DNA of 64,000 bases from an uncultured virus (IMG/VR IMGVR_UViG_3300025372_000013) (IMGVR_UViG_3300025372_000013); one strand, 5' to 3'; shown: positions 15,014 to 24,907, counted from the first letter of the stretch. The notes: generated from the sequence alone by a model not told the origin. Program-made: numbers and translations.

Positions 15014-17044
15014 TTAGGCGTTATCTTTGATTAGTTTTACTTCACACGCATCCGTAGTGCAATAGGCTTCACCGATCGCATCGAATGCCATACCTGCATA
15101 CACACCGCTCAAATCAATTGGGAAGTGAGTCATGCGGGCTTCTTCGTACTCGTCAGCATTACTCTGAGTGTAAGGCATCTGAGGATATAGCGTATCATCC
15201 ATGGCTAGGAAGGATACGGTCTTTAGTTGACCATCATACATATGCAATACGGTTCCGATTGCATCCGATTCGGTCTTAGGGTCAAACGATACGGTTACCG
15301 AAACAGAGTTATCGGACCAGTACCTCTGAGCAGTGGCAGCAATTGCCATCTTCTCATAGATAGATACTTCCTTCTCAGAACGCATAGCATCTGACTTCAC
15401 TGGGAAGTATACGACAGATGTTCCGTCCGGATCAGAAGCTGATGGCTCAACCTTGTAGTTGGCCATTTTGAACAATGGGAGCATAGGATCGCTATTAGAG
15501 AACCTAATGGTACGCATAAAGTACTTTCCTCCTGGAGTCCAGTGAACTCCTGGGGATTCTCCCGCTAGGATTGAAACTGTTCCTGATGGCTTAACAGTCG
15601 TCATCTTGATTGACTCACGGATTCCAAGCCATTCAGAGTAGCTCTTATCATAACCCTGGATAACTGAGTAACCTTCGTCCATCCAGTTACGAAGCAAGGG
15701 AAGACCCTTCGTATCTGCAAAGTTAGCAATACCTGAGATTGAAGTGCCGATGCGGCGGTTGCGCTGCATGATTGCGTTAGTCTCTTCCCAGTGGGTAGGG
15801 ATGAGAGTTACGGTTTTAGCATAGAGGTACGCAAACTTAAGCGTGCGCTTGAAATCCTCTAGGCTGTCATGACGGCCAATGTAAGTTTCTACCAATGTGC
15901 AGCACTCCATTGATTCCAATGATTGTTCAGCACATGGGTTGTAGCCGGCAGCACGCCAATCCTTGTTGTTGACCGGATCAGCTAGGCGGCCGTACTTACG
16001 TGTGGTGTCCATCCAGATCACGCCAGGCTCACCATTGCGGGCAATACCTTCAATGATCTTTGATAGGTCTTGACCAACCTCTACCTCAACTGAGTTGTTG
16101 GACATCCAACCCCAACCAGGATTGGCAGGATCATAGGAGTTACGCTCTGGGAACATCTCGGCGTTCTTAAGATTAATAAACTCTTCGTCATCCAAACGGC
16201 CAATTAGGAGCTCGGCTGAGCGGCGGACGTTACCGGAGACCACGCATACGCCGATTAGGTTACCGATGTCTGCGATGTCACGGCGAGTCAGCTTTTGGCC
16301 GGCTCTGTTATCAAAGATCTTAGCTAGTTGGTCGTGGAGTTTGATGAGTGGATCGGGTCCAGCCGCAGTACCTCCGAAGGTCTTGATTGGAGTTCCGTAT
16401 GGTCGGATTGCCGAGTAGTCAAATGTAGGCTTCTTCGTATCTGGCTTAAGGTAGCTATTGATGACGGCAGCCGTAGATTCGTACCAGCCTTCTCTGGTGT
16501 CGGGGATGACATAAGTGTCTCCTTCTGTAGGTGCATAGATAGTGAAGTCCTTGTCTGCACCCTTATCGTCAAACCCTACGCCAACTCCCAACATGGATGC
16601 TTCCATGAGGAATGAGAACGGCTTAGCCGGATCGTTCTTGGTCATAGAGCTTGTAGATACAAAGCTGCAGTTCTGCAACGCTGCAGAGTTTTTCTGTTCA
16701 TTAACCTGAGGAGTTCCCATCATCCATAGGCCTCGGCCAGGTGGGGTCCACTTCAGGTTAAATAGTCGGTCGAAAGCTTCTTTGGCTGAGGTGGCAGCCT
16801 TGATATCCGACCATGGAAGTCGGTTCTGTTTTGCGTGGTCTTTCTGAAGGGAGTACATGCCATTGATGACACGCTCACAGACGTCCACCCAAGTTTCCTT
16901 GGTTCCATCCTCCTTAAGACGGGAGTAGGTACGCAAGAAAGTAATTTCCCCAAGAGAGTTGCCAGCAGCATCCTGATATCCCCAAGGTACCTTCTTTGAA
17001 CGGTACGGAGTTACAAAATCATCTGCGAGTTTAAACGAAAACAC
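15014..17044 (-). CDS. nrdJ: Class II (B12-dependent) ribonucleotide reductase, monomeric RTPR type
   Basis: PPGRGLW, LQNC, GNVRRSAE, NPCAEQ, TTVKPSGT, C-terminal CTTDAC. Confidence 0.95.
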   Translation of the reverse strand: MFSFKLADDFVTPYRSKKVPWGYQDAAGNSLGEITFLRTYSRLKEDGTKETWVDVCERVINGMYSLQKDHAKQNRLPWSDIKAATSAKEAFDRLFNLKWTPPGRGLWMMGTPQVNEQKNSAALQNCSFVSTSSMTKNDPAKPFSFLMEASMLGVGVGFDDKGADKDFTIYAPTEGDTYVIPDTREGWYESTAAVINSYLKPDTKKPTFDYSAIRPYGTPIKTFGGTAAGPDPLIKLHDQLAKIFDNRAGQKLTRRDIADIGNLIGVCVVSGNVRRSAELLIGRLDDEEFINLKNAEMFPERNSYDPANPGWGWMSNNSVEVEVGQDLSKIIEGIARNGEPGVIWMDTTRKYGRLADPVNNKDWRAAGYNPCAEQSLESMECCTLVETYIGRHDSLEDFKRTLKFAYLYAKTVTLIPTHWEETNAIMQRNRRIGTSISGIANFADTKGLPLLRNWMDEGYSVIQGYDKSYSEWLGIRESIKMTTVKPSGTVSILAGESPGVHWTPGGKYFMRTIRFSNSDPMLPLFKMANYKVEPSASDPDGTSVVYFPVKSDAMRSEKEVSIYEKMAIAATAQRYWSDNSVSVTVSFDPKTESDAIGTVLHMYDGQLKTVSFLAMDDTLYPQMPYTQSNADEYEEARMTHFPIDLSGVYAGMAFDAIGEAYCTTDACEVKLIKDNA

Positions 17045-17084
17045 ACATCACCCATTTCTATAGTTTTTGGCTTGTTATCAGGTA

Positions 17085-18554
17085 CTACTTATTTAGACTG
17101 TCGTCTATGATCTTACTTACTTCACCCTCATTTAGCCCACCGTTGGGGATCTCCCTCAAGGTGCTTGCCCGGTCTCCGAAGAGAGCGGAAAGCATACCAC
17201 CAGAGGATTGCCGCTGAGCTGTGATCTGGATGAACTCTTTATTTTCTTCTAGCTTCTTGACTTCGCCTACCAATTTAAATAGGCGATCAATCTCTTGACC
17301 GGTGTTAGGATCTGGGTATCCACCGTTCAATTCTTCAGCAAAACGTGCAAAAGCGACCCTAGCGCCCTGCATTTCAATAACTGCGTTAAGCAAACCCTTA
17401 AGTTGTTCTTTAGTCTTTACTTCGACAGGTAGGTTATACGCACAGCTGTTGTTCGGTTTGAACGCCGGACAATTCGACGCAACAAAGCACGTATTGCATT
17501 GTCTGAACGACGAGGTCGTACTTTTAAGGACCGGTACATCACTGATTACATCCCTTCCCATGTCATCTTTTTCCATGATGGTCTTGTTTGAGACGCCAAA
17601 AACAGGCAGCGTCATGGTCTCATTTGGGTCTCTAGGCGTGAAATCTTTCCGCACCTCAACCCCTCTGTTATCAGGTTCTACACCCCTGGTTTCCGCTAAA
17701 CCTGGATCATCCATTGCACCACTGTTATCAGATAACTTCTTACTATTCAAGGACTTCTCCAACTGCAGGTAGGACCAAATAGCGAGGCGGGTTACCTCGT
17801 TACTATCATCATTCATAATCTTGTCGAAGTCGAGTCCGGCCTTCTCGATAATCGCCTTGTAGCGAGGGCGAGCCTGGTCTTTCTGCTTCTTCTGATACCG
17901 GACAAGTCTAGTGCCGTCCCAAACAATAGTCTCACCTCTCATCATTGGGCTGAGCCATGAAAGGGTACTTGCGGTTGCCAGAGGGACCTGACGTAGATTG
18001 TCCGGCTTGGCACACGAGATTCCGTGGAACTCTAGGTCAGGGAACTGACTCAAGAGGGCCCTAGAACGTGCTGACAAGCTCGTATCGTCCTCTAACGACT
18101 CACCAAGCAGTGCGACGTTGGGGAACTGGGATGCAAGGCTGTAGAGGCCTGTATGGCCCGTTTCTTGGTGCCATACAACCGAGTACTTGTCCAGACCAAA
18201 CTCCTCACCAAAGGTTTTCCTTTGGTAGTTAATCCAGTTCTGGCCCAGAGCTTTGGCATCCAGTTCGGTAGCCATGGTAATCCTATCGGCATTGATAGCC
18301 AGGAAGTCCTGGTAGTCAGCCGCATAATCTTCCAGCTCACGTTCCGTCATGTTCAGGTCGTTGACGTTGTGGCCGCCACCATCCAGGTAGATCTTTACAT
18401 AGTCTGGGAAGCGGTCAGCAAGGATATAGTCTTTGGTCTTTGGCAAGCCACGCTTGACTAGACGCCAGTAGTTGATGCTTATGTGTTTAGCCCCGACACT
18501 AGTCAGGAGAGTTCTATGGCTGGGTACTTCTCCTCCCATGAAGATAATGTTCAT
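17085..18554 (-). CDS. Degenerate TGT/DpdA-like TIM-barrel protein with C-terminal Cys-cluster and helical domain
   Basis: IYLDGG, ELD, VVWH, FHG, ..STLSW order follows phage TGT-like proteins; CNTC.....CP......C. Confidence 0.6.
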   Translation of the reverse strand: MNIIFMGGEVPSHRTLLTSVGAKHISINYWRLVKRGLPKTKDYILADRFPDYVKIYLDGGGHNVNDLNMTERELEDYAADYQDFLAINADRITMATELDAKALGQNWINYQRKTFGEEFGLDKYSVVWHQETGHTGLYSLASQFPNVALLGESLEDDTSLSARSRALLSQFPDLEFHGISCAKPDNLRQVPLATASTLSWLSPMMRGETIVWDGTRLVRYQKKQKDQARPRYKAIIEKAGLDFDKIMNDDSNEVTRLAIWSYLQLEKSLNSKKLSDNSGAMDDPGLAETRGVEPDNRGVEVRKDFTPRDPNETMTLPVFGVSNKTIMEKDDMGRDVISDVPVLKSTTSSFRQCNTCFVASNCPAFKPNNSCAYNLPVEVKTKEQLKGLLNAVIEMQGARVAFARFAEELNGGYPDPNTGQEIDRLFKLVGEVKKLEENKEFIQITAQRQSSGGMLSALFGDRASTLREIPNGGLNEGEVSKIIDDSLNK

Positions 18555-19015
18555 TCGAACCTGTTTACATTGCTTCCAAGGTGGGCATCCAACAAGGCGA
18601 GCCTCTGTCGCTCAACCTCAGATCGAAGATCTTCCCACGGCTTTACTTGACGCTTAGTTCTAGTGAATCTTGGATTGGCAAACATCAATGAAGGTACACC
18701 CTTAGAAAGAGCATAGGCACAGTAGTCAGCATCTGCGTCTATAAAGAGCTCTAGCTTACCCTGGCTCATTGCGTAATCAATTTGCCGGTGGCGTAAGTCT
18801 TGACCAGCAAAGAAGTACCTATCATCATAGATATCGGCGTAACCAAAGATCATATTGCTACGAAGCCAGTGATCTGTTTTTTGCTGCGACATGTCGGAAG
18901 TAATGACAGTGCGGTAGTGCTCCGCTATAACACGATAAAGACGAACCCCATCAGGGATTGGATCCCCGACCTCTGTCATTAGGACTCCTTCTAGGGAGAC
19001 CAGTGCTGTTGCCAT
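18551..19015 (-). CDS. HAD-fold protein with degenerate motif I
   Basis: LVSLEGVL in place of DxDGVL; LFIDAD motif IV. Confidence 0.55.
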   Translation of the reverse strand: MATALVSLEGVLMTEVGDPIPDGVRLYRVIAEHYRTVITSDMSQQKTDHWLRSNMIFGYADIYDDRYFFAGQDLRHRQIDYAMSQGKLELFIDADADYCAYALSKGVPSLMFANPRFTRTKRQVKPWEDLRSEVERQRLALLDAHLGSNVNRFE

Positions 19016-19118
19016 TTACATCCTCGTTTTCGTCCAAATGCTTATACTCGCAATGTCTTGCGAGAGAAGCGACCACGTATACTTTGTCACACAGTGCGCA
19101 TTGCCACGGATTAGCCAT
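18951..19118 (-). CDS. Small C2H2-like zinc-finger protein, leaderless
   Basis: MANPWQCALCDKVYVVASLARHCEYKH; TATAAT 6 nt upstream of ATG. Confidence 0.6.
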   Translation of the reverse strand: MANPWQCALCDKVYVVASLARHCEYKHLDENEDVNGNSTGLPRRSPNDRGRGSNP

Positions 19119-19131
19119 GGCTTAATTATAG

Positions 19132-19242
19132 TTACTTATACTTGTTTTCGTTCTTCAACTTCTTAGCTTCACGCTTCTCTTTTAAGCTCATTTTGGCCTC
19201 TTTTTTAGTATTTGCGTTGCCCTTTTGTTCCTTGTTAGCCAC
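19132..19242 (-). CDS. Small Lys-rich peptide (36 aa)
   Basis: AGGAG RBS, GTG start; MANKEQKGNANTKKEAKMSLKEKREAKKLK. Confidence 0.6.
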   Translation of the reverse strand: MANKEQKGNANTKKEAKMSLKEKREAKKLKNENKYK

Positions 19243-20167
19243 GAAGTGATCTCCTAATAAGTGTACTAGTATCTGGTAGCTCCATGCCGTAGAGCTCTCT
19301 TTGTTTACCGGCATTAAATGCAGTTTGACTATCTTTGATGGAGCGTAACGCCTGGATAGCACCAGAGCGCTTACCGGCCTGCCAACGATAGTTGTTGTAG
19401 TCGGCATATCCTTCTCCGACTTTACTAAAGGCAATGTGTCTGCTCTTATGAATATCATCATAGAAAGCAATTGCTTGCTCCATAGCTAACTTGAGCTTAC
19501 GCTCTGCATTAACTTTGTACGCAGGATTTGTTGAGTTGCGAACTTCATTAAGAGCATCTGTGTAGCGCCTAACCATCTCGGCTGCAGCATCTTGATCTCT
19601 CTGAGTACTTTGTTCCCAGGCCCTGCTGTAAGGAGGTTGTGGATTTGCCTCAGGCCTTACGGTCCAGACGTTAGCTGTTAGGTCGTATGCAGCATACGGG
19701 TTGATATCTCTGATATCAGACTGCGGGTTTACATAGTATGTAAGCTCATAGCCTTCCCAATTAGCAGTCTTAGGCATAAGTTCTTTGTTAAACCCATCGT
19801 TAAGCTCTTTTGCAATTTCCTCGTCAGAGAAACCAGAGAACTCTGGATTGGATGAGCGGAATCTAACGTAATTGATTCCAACCAAACAATCTAGGTCACC
19901 CGGCTGTCTTGATGCCTCCCATTGATACGAGACACCAGATCCTGCAAGCCAGACATGCGTCCAACTAGCAGGTGAGGTGTACTGAGTACCTAGGTGATCA
20001 AAGAGCATAGATAGGATGCCTGTACGAACCCAAGGCTTTAATTCATCTCCTTGAAAGAGATTAGGGTCGAGCTCTTTAGAAGGAGCGCTGAAATAGGAAG
20101 TAGACCCCGGTGTAATTACCGGGGTTACTCCTGAAAAGTCTCCATAATCCATAAGCGTATTCTCCAC
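19235..20167 (-). CDS. Pol-beta-superfamily nucleotidyltransferase-like protein
   Basis: LAGS..SYQW...GDLD; LDP.LF...L.P.VR N-terminus; Y.L....W...P. Confidence 0.7.
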   Translation of the reverse strand: MENTLMDYGDFSGVTPVITPGSTSYFSAPSKELDPNLFQGDELKPWVRTGILSMLFDHLGTQYTSPASWTHVWLAGSGVSYQWEASRQPGDLDCLVGINYVRFRSSNPEFSGFSDEEIAKELNDGFNKELMPKTANWEGYELTYYVNPQSDIRDINPYAAYDLTANVWTVRPEANPQPPYSRAWEQSTQRDQDAAAEMVRRYTDALNEVRNSTNPAYKVNAERKLKLAMEQAIAFYDDIHKSRHIAFSKVGEGYADYNNYRWQAGKRSGAIQALRSIKDSQTAFNAGKQRELYGMELPDTSTLIRRSLRG

Positions 20168-20200
20168 CCTAATCGTCGTTACGTCACGGCATAGAGCAAG

Positions 20201-20491
20201 TTACGCTGACGGAGTTGTATCTCCAGCAGGTGGCTGTTGAGCTGCAAGGCGCAATGTTACATATTCTGCAGCAGATTGAGCCTGAAGATCCATAAGGATT
20301 TCTGAGGTATAACGACGAACCTCAATAAGGCTTGCTTCACGTTGAACTGGAATAGTTAAAGCTCCTGGATTACGTTCTACGTATACATTACCGTCTTCTG
20401 TAACCAATACTGCGTAACCAAAGATGATAGTGGGATTAGACGACTCCGCTTCAGGAGTATCGTGTGTGTGGTCTGTGGTCTCTTCTGACAT
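20201..20491 (-). CDS. Hypothetical protein
   Basis: ORF in operon. Confidence 0.7.
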   Translation of the reverse strand: MSEETTDHTHDTPEAESSNPTIIFGYAVLVTEDGNVYVERNPGALTIPVQREASLIEVRRYTSEILMDLQAQSAAEYVTLRLAAQQPPAGDTTPSA

Positions 20492-20499
20492 GTTATATC

Positions 20500-21084
20500 C
20501 TATTCGTATAGTCCGGCTTTTTTACGGTTTTGTTCAACTACAAAGGTCTTAGCAGGGCAGAAATCGCACAGGTACACAGTTGTACTTGCTGACTTAGCTG
20601 CACTTTCAAGACCAATTTCTTTTCGAAGCTCGTCTGTACCCTTAGGTACTAAACGCTTGTTCTTGCTTTTCCAGTCGTAGCAGCCTTCAACTGGACGCAG
20701 GTGAAGATTAAAACACCTCATAGCATCTTCATAGAAGGTCGCTTTAGTAGTATAGTAGTCAGGATCAATATCTGCAAGTCCGCCGCCAACTTTATCACGC
20801 AGGTTTTTGATTACTTGCTTACGAACCTCTGGGCGTGAATAGGTTTTGATACCGATCTTTGATAGAAATCCAGAATGCGGAATGCCTGCAGACTCATGTT
20901 TTTCAATCATAACCTGCAATAAGACGTCATCGTCTGGATGACCTTCGTAATCTGGCAGTTCTTCGATAGTCTTACAGTTATAGCAATAGAGCAGGCGAAT
21001 ATACGGACCTTCGTCCTTGATAGTCGTCCAGGTCTTGCCTTCGTCAGCGGGGTTGGCTCCTCCGCCTAAAATAGGTAGTGACAT
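20500..21084 (-). CDS. Zinc-binding hypothetical protein
   Basis: CYNC, C...H.RP..GC, YLCDFCP; AAGGAGG RBS and promoter. Confidence 0.75.
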   Translation of the reverse strand: MSLPILGGGANPADEGKTWTTIKDEGPYIRLLYCYNCKTIEELPDYEGHPDDDVLLQVMIEKHESAGIPHSGFLSKIGIKTYSRPEVRKQVIKNLRDKVGGGLADIDPDYYTTKATFYEDAMRCFNLHLRPVEGCYDWKSKNKRLVPKGTDELRKEIGLESAAKSASTTVYLCDFCPAKTFVVEQNRKKAGLYE

Positions 21085-21103
21085 TATGCCTCCTTGTGTT
21101 TAT

Positions 21104-21115
21104 AGTATAGCCGAT
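21104..21115 (-). promoter_or_regulatory. Promoter ATCGG-C-TATACT
   Basis: Repeated motif upstream of RBS. Confidence 0.6.
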
Positions 21116-21120
21116 AAAAG

Positions 21121-21795
21121 CTACTTCATCAAATCCTCATAGTTTTCGTCCTCGTAATCGTTATAGAGGTCGTCCATATCAATCATGTTATCGTAGTTAT
21201 TGGTGTCTCTTCCACCCTCTGCAGCAGCCCTCTCAATGACGGGAGATACGTGGTCTGGGGCTAGCTTTCCATAGTCCTTCTGCAATTCTTTGTCCAAAGA
21301 TCCGGCGGTCTCTACCTTCTGAGGCCGGCCTTGGGTGCGAACAGGCTTATGCTCTCCGGTAGCTACGAACAGTTGTTCAGATGAAGAGTTTTTCTGAGCA
21401 ATCTCACGCAGCTTCTTTTCTACACGGGCACGGTTATACGACGCAACATCTGAGCCTATGCGATCAAATTTCTTTATGTACTCTGGGTTGTGCTTTTCTT
21501 GGTCCCAGCAAATAGGGCAAAGATTCTTAACCTGATTTCCAAAACGTGGATGGTTCTCAAAGTGCACAGTAAAATAGGCCTGTGGGTGAGAACGGGAATT
21601 CTTTTCACAGGCTAGGGGCTCTCCTGTAGCTATAGACTTATTCTTTGCCAGTTCTTCAGGAGATATATCTATACCTTGAAAATACCCGCCATTGACAGAA
21701 CTTACGGCTGATTTACCGGTGCCACTTTCAACCGATCCTTTGATACTGTCGCCCTTAACAATATTGCCGGTTGGGTCTTCTTCTGAAATGGCCAT
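21121..21795 (-). CDS. Hypothetical protein
   Basis: 224 aa, LCPIC motif. Confidence 0.7.
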   Translation of the reverse strand: MAISEEDPTGNIVKGDSIKGSVESGTGKSAVSSVNGGYFQGIDISPEELAKNKSIATGEPLACEKNSRSHPQAYFTVHFENHPRFGNQVKNLCPICWDQEKHNPEYIKKFDRIGSDVASYNRARVEKKLREIAQKNSSSEQLFVATGEHKPVRTQGRPQKVETAGSLDKELQKDYGKLAPDHVSPVIERAAAEGGRDTNNYDNMIDMDDLYNDYEDENYEDLMK

Positions 21796-21797
21796 TT

Positions 21798-22172
21798 TTA
21801 ATCCTTTGTTGGGTCATCCATATTGATGATACGCATTACGGACTCATCTCCGGCCCGCATATTACGCTTAATTCTCTGGTCCTGTAAAGAGTGAATAGTA
21901 GCCTCTTGATGGCCCTCTTCAAAATGAGCACTACGACCTAACTCAGCGTTAAGGGCATCTGCATGTCCAGAGTTCTCAATAGAATTATTGACATACTCGT
22001 CTAATGCGCTATGCTTTGGCTCTTCCCATTCTTTTGAGTAAGTAACTTTCTCAGGCTCAAACAAAGCTCCTTTAACTTTATTAAAGGAGTGACGAACCCG
22101 CATACTTCTCGTCATAGGGAAGGGCACTACATTGTTAGGTGTACCCGACTCATCCATCTCAGTAGTTAGCAC
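21798..22172 (-). CDS. Hypothetical protein
   Basis: ORF in operon. Confidence 0.6.
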   Translation of the reverse strand: MLTTEMDESGTPNNVVPFPMTRSMRVRHSFNKVKGALFEPEKVTYSKEWEEPKHSALDEYVNNSIENSGHADALNAELGRSAHFEEGHQEATIHSLQDQRIKRNMRAGDESVMRIINMDDPTKD

Positions 22173-22440
22173 CCATTTGGTTATTGAATACGTCAGCTAC
22201 TGGCATTGGAGAACGTGGCTTTGAAGACACTGACATAGCTGTTGGAGCAACCTTAGCTGGCTTCTCTTGGTCAATAAAATCATAGTTCCAATATGGGTGG
22301 AGATCACGACGGTTAGCCAAAGTGATATCGTCACCGGTGCCTACAGCAACCTCTGTGTTAGGACGGACCTTACGGTACTTACCGTCTGTTGATCCTTCTT
22401 CTAGTCCACCATTGAGTGAACGTGAGTTGTTAACTGCCAT
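22159..22440 (-). CDS. Hypothetical protein
   Basis: GAGGAG RBS before MAVNNSRS. Confidence 0.7.
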   Translation of the reverse strand: MAVNNSRSLNGGLEEGSTDGKYRKVRPNTEVAVGTGDDITLANRRDLHPYWNYDFIDQEKPAKVAPTAMSVSSKPRSPMPVADVFNNQMGANY

Positions 22441-22441
22441 T

Positions 22442-22687
22442 TTATTTCTCCTCTGAGTCGTAGGCCTGGCCATCAGAACCCATACGCATAGTTGTTGATT
22501 CTGGACCAATATCGCTAGGTACCTGCTTGAGTAGCGAATCTAATCTTTGGTTGCTTTTCGCCACGCGGCTGCTGTAGCGACTTGGACTATTTACAATTAG
22601 TTTTGTTGCAGCAAGCTTGCCAGCATCACCATTCATAGAGGCACGAGATGCCTTGATGTTCTTACGGCTTCGAATTGGAAGTCCCAT
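22442..22687 (-). CDS. Small basic hypothetical protein
   Basis: AGGAG RBS. Confidence 0.65.
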   Translation of the reverse strand: MGLPIRSRKNIKASRASMNGDAGKLAATKLIVNSPSRYSSRVAKSNQRLDSLLKQVPSDIGPESTTMRMGSDGQAYDSEEK

Positions 22688-22694
22688 GATTCTC

Positions 22695-22907
22695 CTAATT
22701 TGTTAGATATCTAGTAGGAATATTACCATTTCCGTGTAACGCTGGGTCCTCAATCATTACATTTCTTGAGAGCTCCGTAGGTGGAGCAACTGTAGTGGCC
22801 GGATTAGCCCCTCTAGGGTTAGGAAAGTTAGGGTTTCCAACCAGCTGCATATCTTTTCCCAGGGCGGCTGTCATGGCCACCTTATGAAAAGAGGGAATAG
22901 GGTTCAC
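22695..22907 (-). CDS. Hypothetical protein
   Basis: GTGA-coupled ORF. Confidence 0.55.
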   Translation of the reverse strand: MNPIPSFHKVAMTAALGKDMQLVGNPNFPNPRGANPATTVAPPTELSRNVMIEDPALHGNGNIPTRYLTN

Positions 22908-23068
22908 TTACCATGAGCCTTCTTCTTAGTAGGCGCTGCCTTCTTATCTTTAAGAGATTGCTTAGCCATCTTTGCTTTGGCAGCATCGGCTGGGGTAAGG
23001 ACTTTTAGGTTCTTAACCTTGTAGCCTTTCATATCTTTGCCGTCTGGGCCTTTAACCTTAGATGTCAT
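22904..23068 (-). CDS. Small Lys/Ala-rich protein (54 aa)
   Basis: Manual translation MTSKVKGPDGKDMKGYKVKNLK...KKAAPTKKKAHGK. Confidence 0.6.
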   Translation of the reverse strand: MTSKVKGPDGKDMKGYKVKNLKVLTPADAAKAKMAKQSLKDKKAAPTKKKAHGK

Positions 23069-23238
23069 TTTTCACTCATTCCTTGACGTACACGTTTTTC
23101 AATCTTAGCATTGCGACAGGTGGGGCAAGTAAACCCATCATGACTCTGCATAGCTTCGTAGGGAGTCATGATATGGTCACAGTACTGACATTCCCGGCTT
23201 CCGCCGTAAACGGTATCTGTGTAGACTTCTCTAGTCAC
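23065..23238 (-). CDS. Small zinc-ribbon protein
   Basis: CQYC...CPTC; GTG start. Confidence 0.6.
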   Translation of the reverse strand: MTREVYTDTVYGGSRECQYCDHIMTPYEAMQSHDGFTCPTCRNAKIEKRVRQGMSEK

Positions 23239-23374
23239 TTTGGCCCTTCTTAAAGCTTTCAGTACGGCCCTCTCCCTCTGCTTTCTTAGAGGTACCACGG
23301 TATTCAAATACGATGCCGCTTATAGAACCTTGCTTGGTATCAATAACTCTTTGGTAAATAGGTTGGCTAGCCAT
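23231..23374 (-). CDS. Small hypothetical protein (47 aa)
   Basis: TAATG-coupled MASQPIYQRVIDTK... Confidence 0.5.
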   Translation of the reverse strand: MASQPIYQRVIDTKQGSISGIVFEYRGTSKKAEGEGRTESFKKGQSD

Positions 23375-23733
23375 TACATGTTCCCCAAATCATTACGTGA
23401 GGTGCCTTCATAACCGGCGTTACTCTTTGTGTAATCAACACGCTGTGGCTCATCATAAGCCTCGTTGACGTCCATTACATCCATAATCCCCAGTTCACGT
23501 GTGCGATACCCAAAACGTGGTGGGAATAGGTTCACCTGAGGTAGCGGTGGACGTACGATATCTTGCAATAAAGCTGCAGGCATAGTTAATGAGTAAAGGG
23601 CACGAGTCATTAAACCTTCTTGCATAGAGCTGAAGGGACCCATGTAGTCATAGCGAAGTAGCGAAGGCTCTGGATCCTCGTCAACAATAGGGCGACCCTT
23701 GCTATGATCATAAACTCCGTCTTGACCCATCAT
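23374..23733 (-). CDS. Hypothetical protein
   Basis: ORF in operon. Confidence 0.7.
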   Translation of the reverse strand: MMGQDGVYDHSKGRPIVDEDPEPSLLRYDYMGPFSSMQEGLMTRALYSLTMPAALLQDIVRPPLPQVNLFPPRFGYRTRELGIMDVMDVNEAYDEPQRVDYTKSNAGYEGTSRNDLGNM

Positions 23734-24374
23734 TCTTGAGGCTTCTTTCTAGGACGACCACGTACTGGAGGTTGGTTTGCAACAACCATAAGTCCATGCT
23801 TGACTGGATTGCCAAGATTGTTAGACATAGTAGGAATAGGTTGCTGTGTAGTATCAAGTTCTGCGGAATCCGGTGTGTATGTTCGGGTACCACGTAATAT
23901 AACACTATTTTGATTATGTCTATGTGGTTGGTTTTTTAGATCGTATACGGGAGAACCATTTTTTATAGCAGCTTTTTGAGCTGTCTTGCCTTGCTCTAGA
24001 GTCTTTACCAAAGAGTTATGCCTTTGACCCCAGATTGCTTCATTTAACGCACGTTCGTTATCATCTTTACCGGAATTACGAAGTCTACCAACATAGTCAG
24101 TAAGATCTTCATGGCTGTACCAAATTCTACGGGACTTATTAGTTGTTCCACGAATCTGTACGTGCTGAACCATGTCTTTTTCCCAAGGAATATTTTTAGC
24201 GTTTGGGTGACTAAGCATTAGGTGATCTGCCACTTGCTTAACGTTATACATAGGCATCCCATTGTTATCCACAGGCGGTGGGGCAGCCTCAGTTGCGCCA
24301 AAAGATTGTGCATGCCGTGCAGGGTCAAATCCTGCAGCTTTCCAAGCGCCTTCGTCAATAGCCATTATTGCCAC
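23730..24374 (-). CDS. Hypothetical protein with C-terminal AT-hook-like RGRPRK
   Basis: VRGRPRKK. Confidence 0.65.
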   Translation of the reverse strand: MAIMAIDEGAWKAAGFDPARHAQSFGATEAAPPPVDNNGMPMYNVKQVADHLMLSHPNAKNIPWEKDMVQHVQIRGTTNKSRRIWYSHEDLTDYVGRLRNSGKDDNERALNEAIWGQRHNSLVKTLEQGKTAQKAAIKNGSPVYDLKNQPHRHNQNSVILRGTRTYTPDSAELDTTQQPIPTMSNNLGNPVKHGLMVVANQPPVRGRPRKKPQE

Positions 24375-24907
24375 CTAGGTTTCAAATGTGCGAATGTATC
24401 TGATGTACGTGGATTAAACTCTGCTGGTACATTTGCTGAAATATTAGACTTACCATCATTAACAAGATGAGGTGCCGGTGCAAGCATAGAGAGCGGAGCG
24501 TTCCTACGCATGTCCATAGTAAGAGATCCGTCGTTGTCTACAAGCTGAGGCTTAACTTTAACCCCACGATCAGGCTGCATGTTCTGCGGCCACAAATACT
24601 GTGCGGGATCAATGCGCTCGCCTTTATGAACTCCACGTTGATAGGCACGCTGATTCTGACGGTTCTTAAGAGAATCAAGAACTACATCTGAGACTGCGTA
24701 AGGCTTTCCCTTATCATCTCGACGGGTACGCATGGTACCAAGGTAGCCATCTGGGTATTCAGCTTGGGGAGCACGGCCAACGCCGATGCGTAGGAAGTCC
24801 ATCTCGCTTCGTGGGACAACAGGAGTACCGCCACCACCTGTCGTGGTGTACGCTCCAATAAAACCGCTAGCACCTAAGTACTGCCAGTTTTGATGCGACT
24901 CTGCCAT
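24365..24907 (-). CDS. Hypothetical protein
   Basis: Own TATACT promoter and GGGAG RBS. Confidence 0.75.
   Translation of the reverse strand: MAESHQNWQYLGASGFIGAYTTTGGGGTPVVPRSEMDFLRIGVGRAPQAEYPDGYLGTMRTRRDDKGKPYAVSDVVLDSLKNRQNQRAYQRGVHKGERIDPAQYLWPQNMQPDRGVKVKPQLVDNDGSLTMDMRRNAPLSMLAPAPHLVNDGKSNISANVPAEFNPRTSDTFAHLKPRWQ

Noticed and set aside
17085..18554. Canonical DpdA 7-deazaguanine DNA modification system
   Set aside because: Catalytic motifs look degenerate and no preQ0 pathway genes occur in the window.
19243..19470. 112-aa ORF 19132-19470 at full length
   Set aside because: The 5' part overlaps the NTase gene; the RBS supports only the GTG start at 19242.
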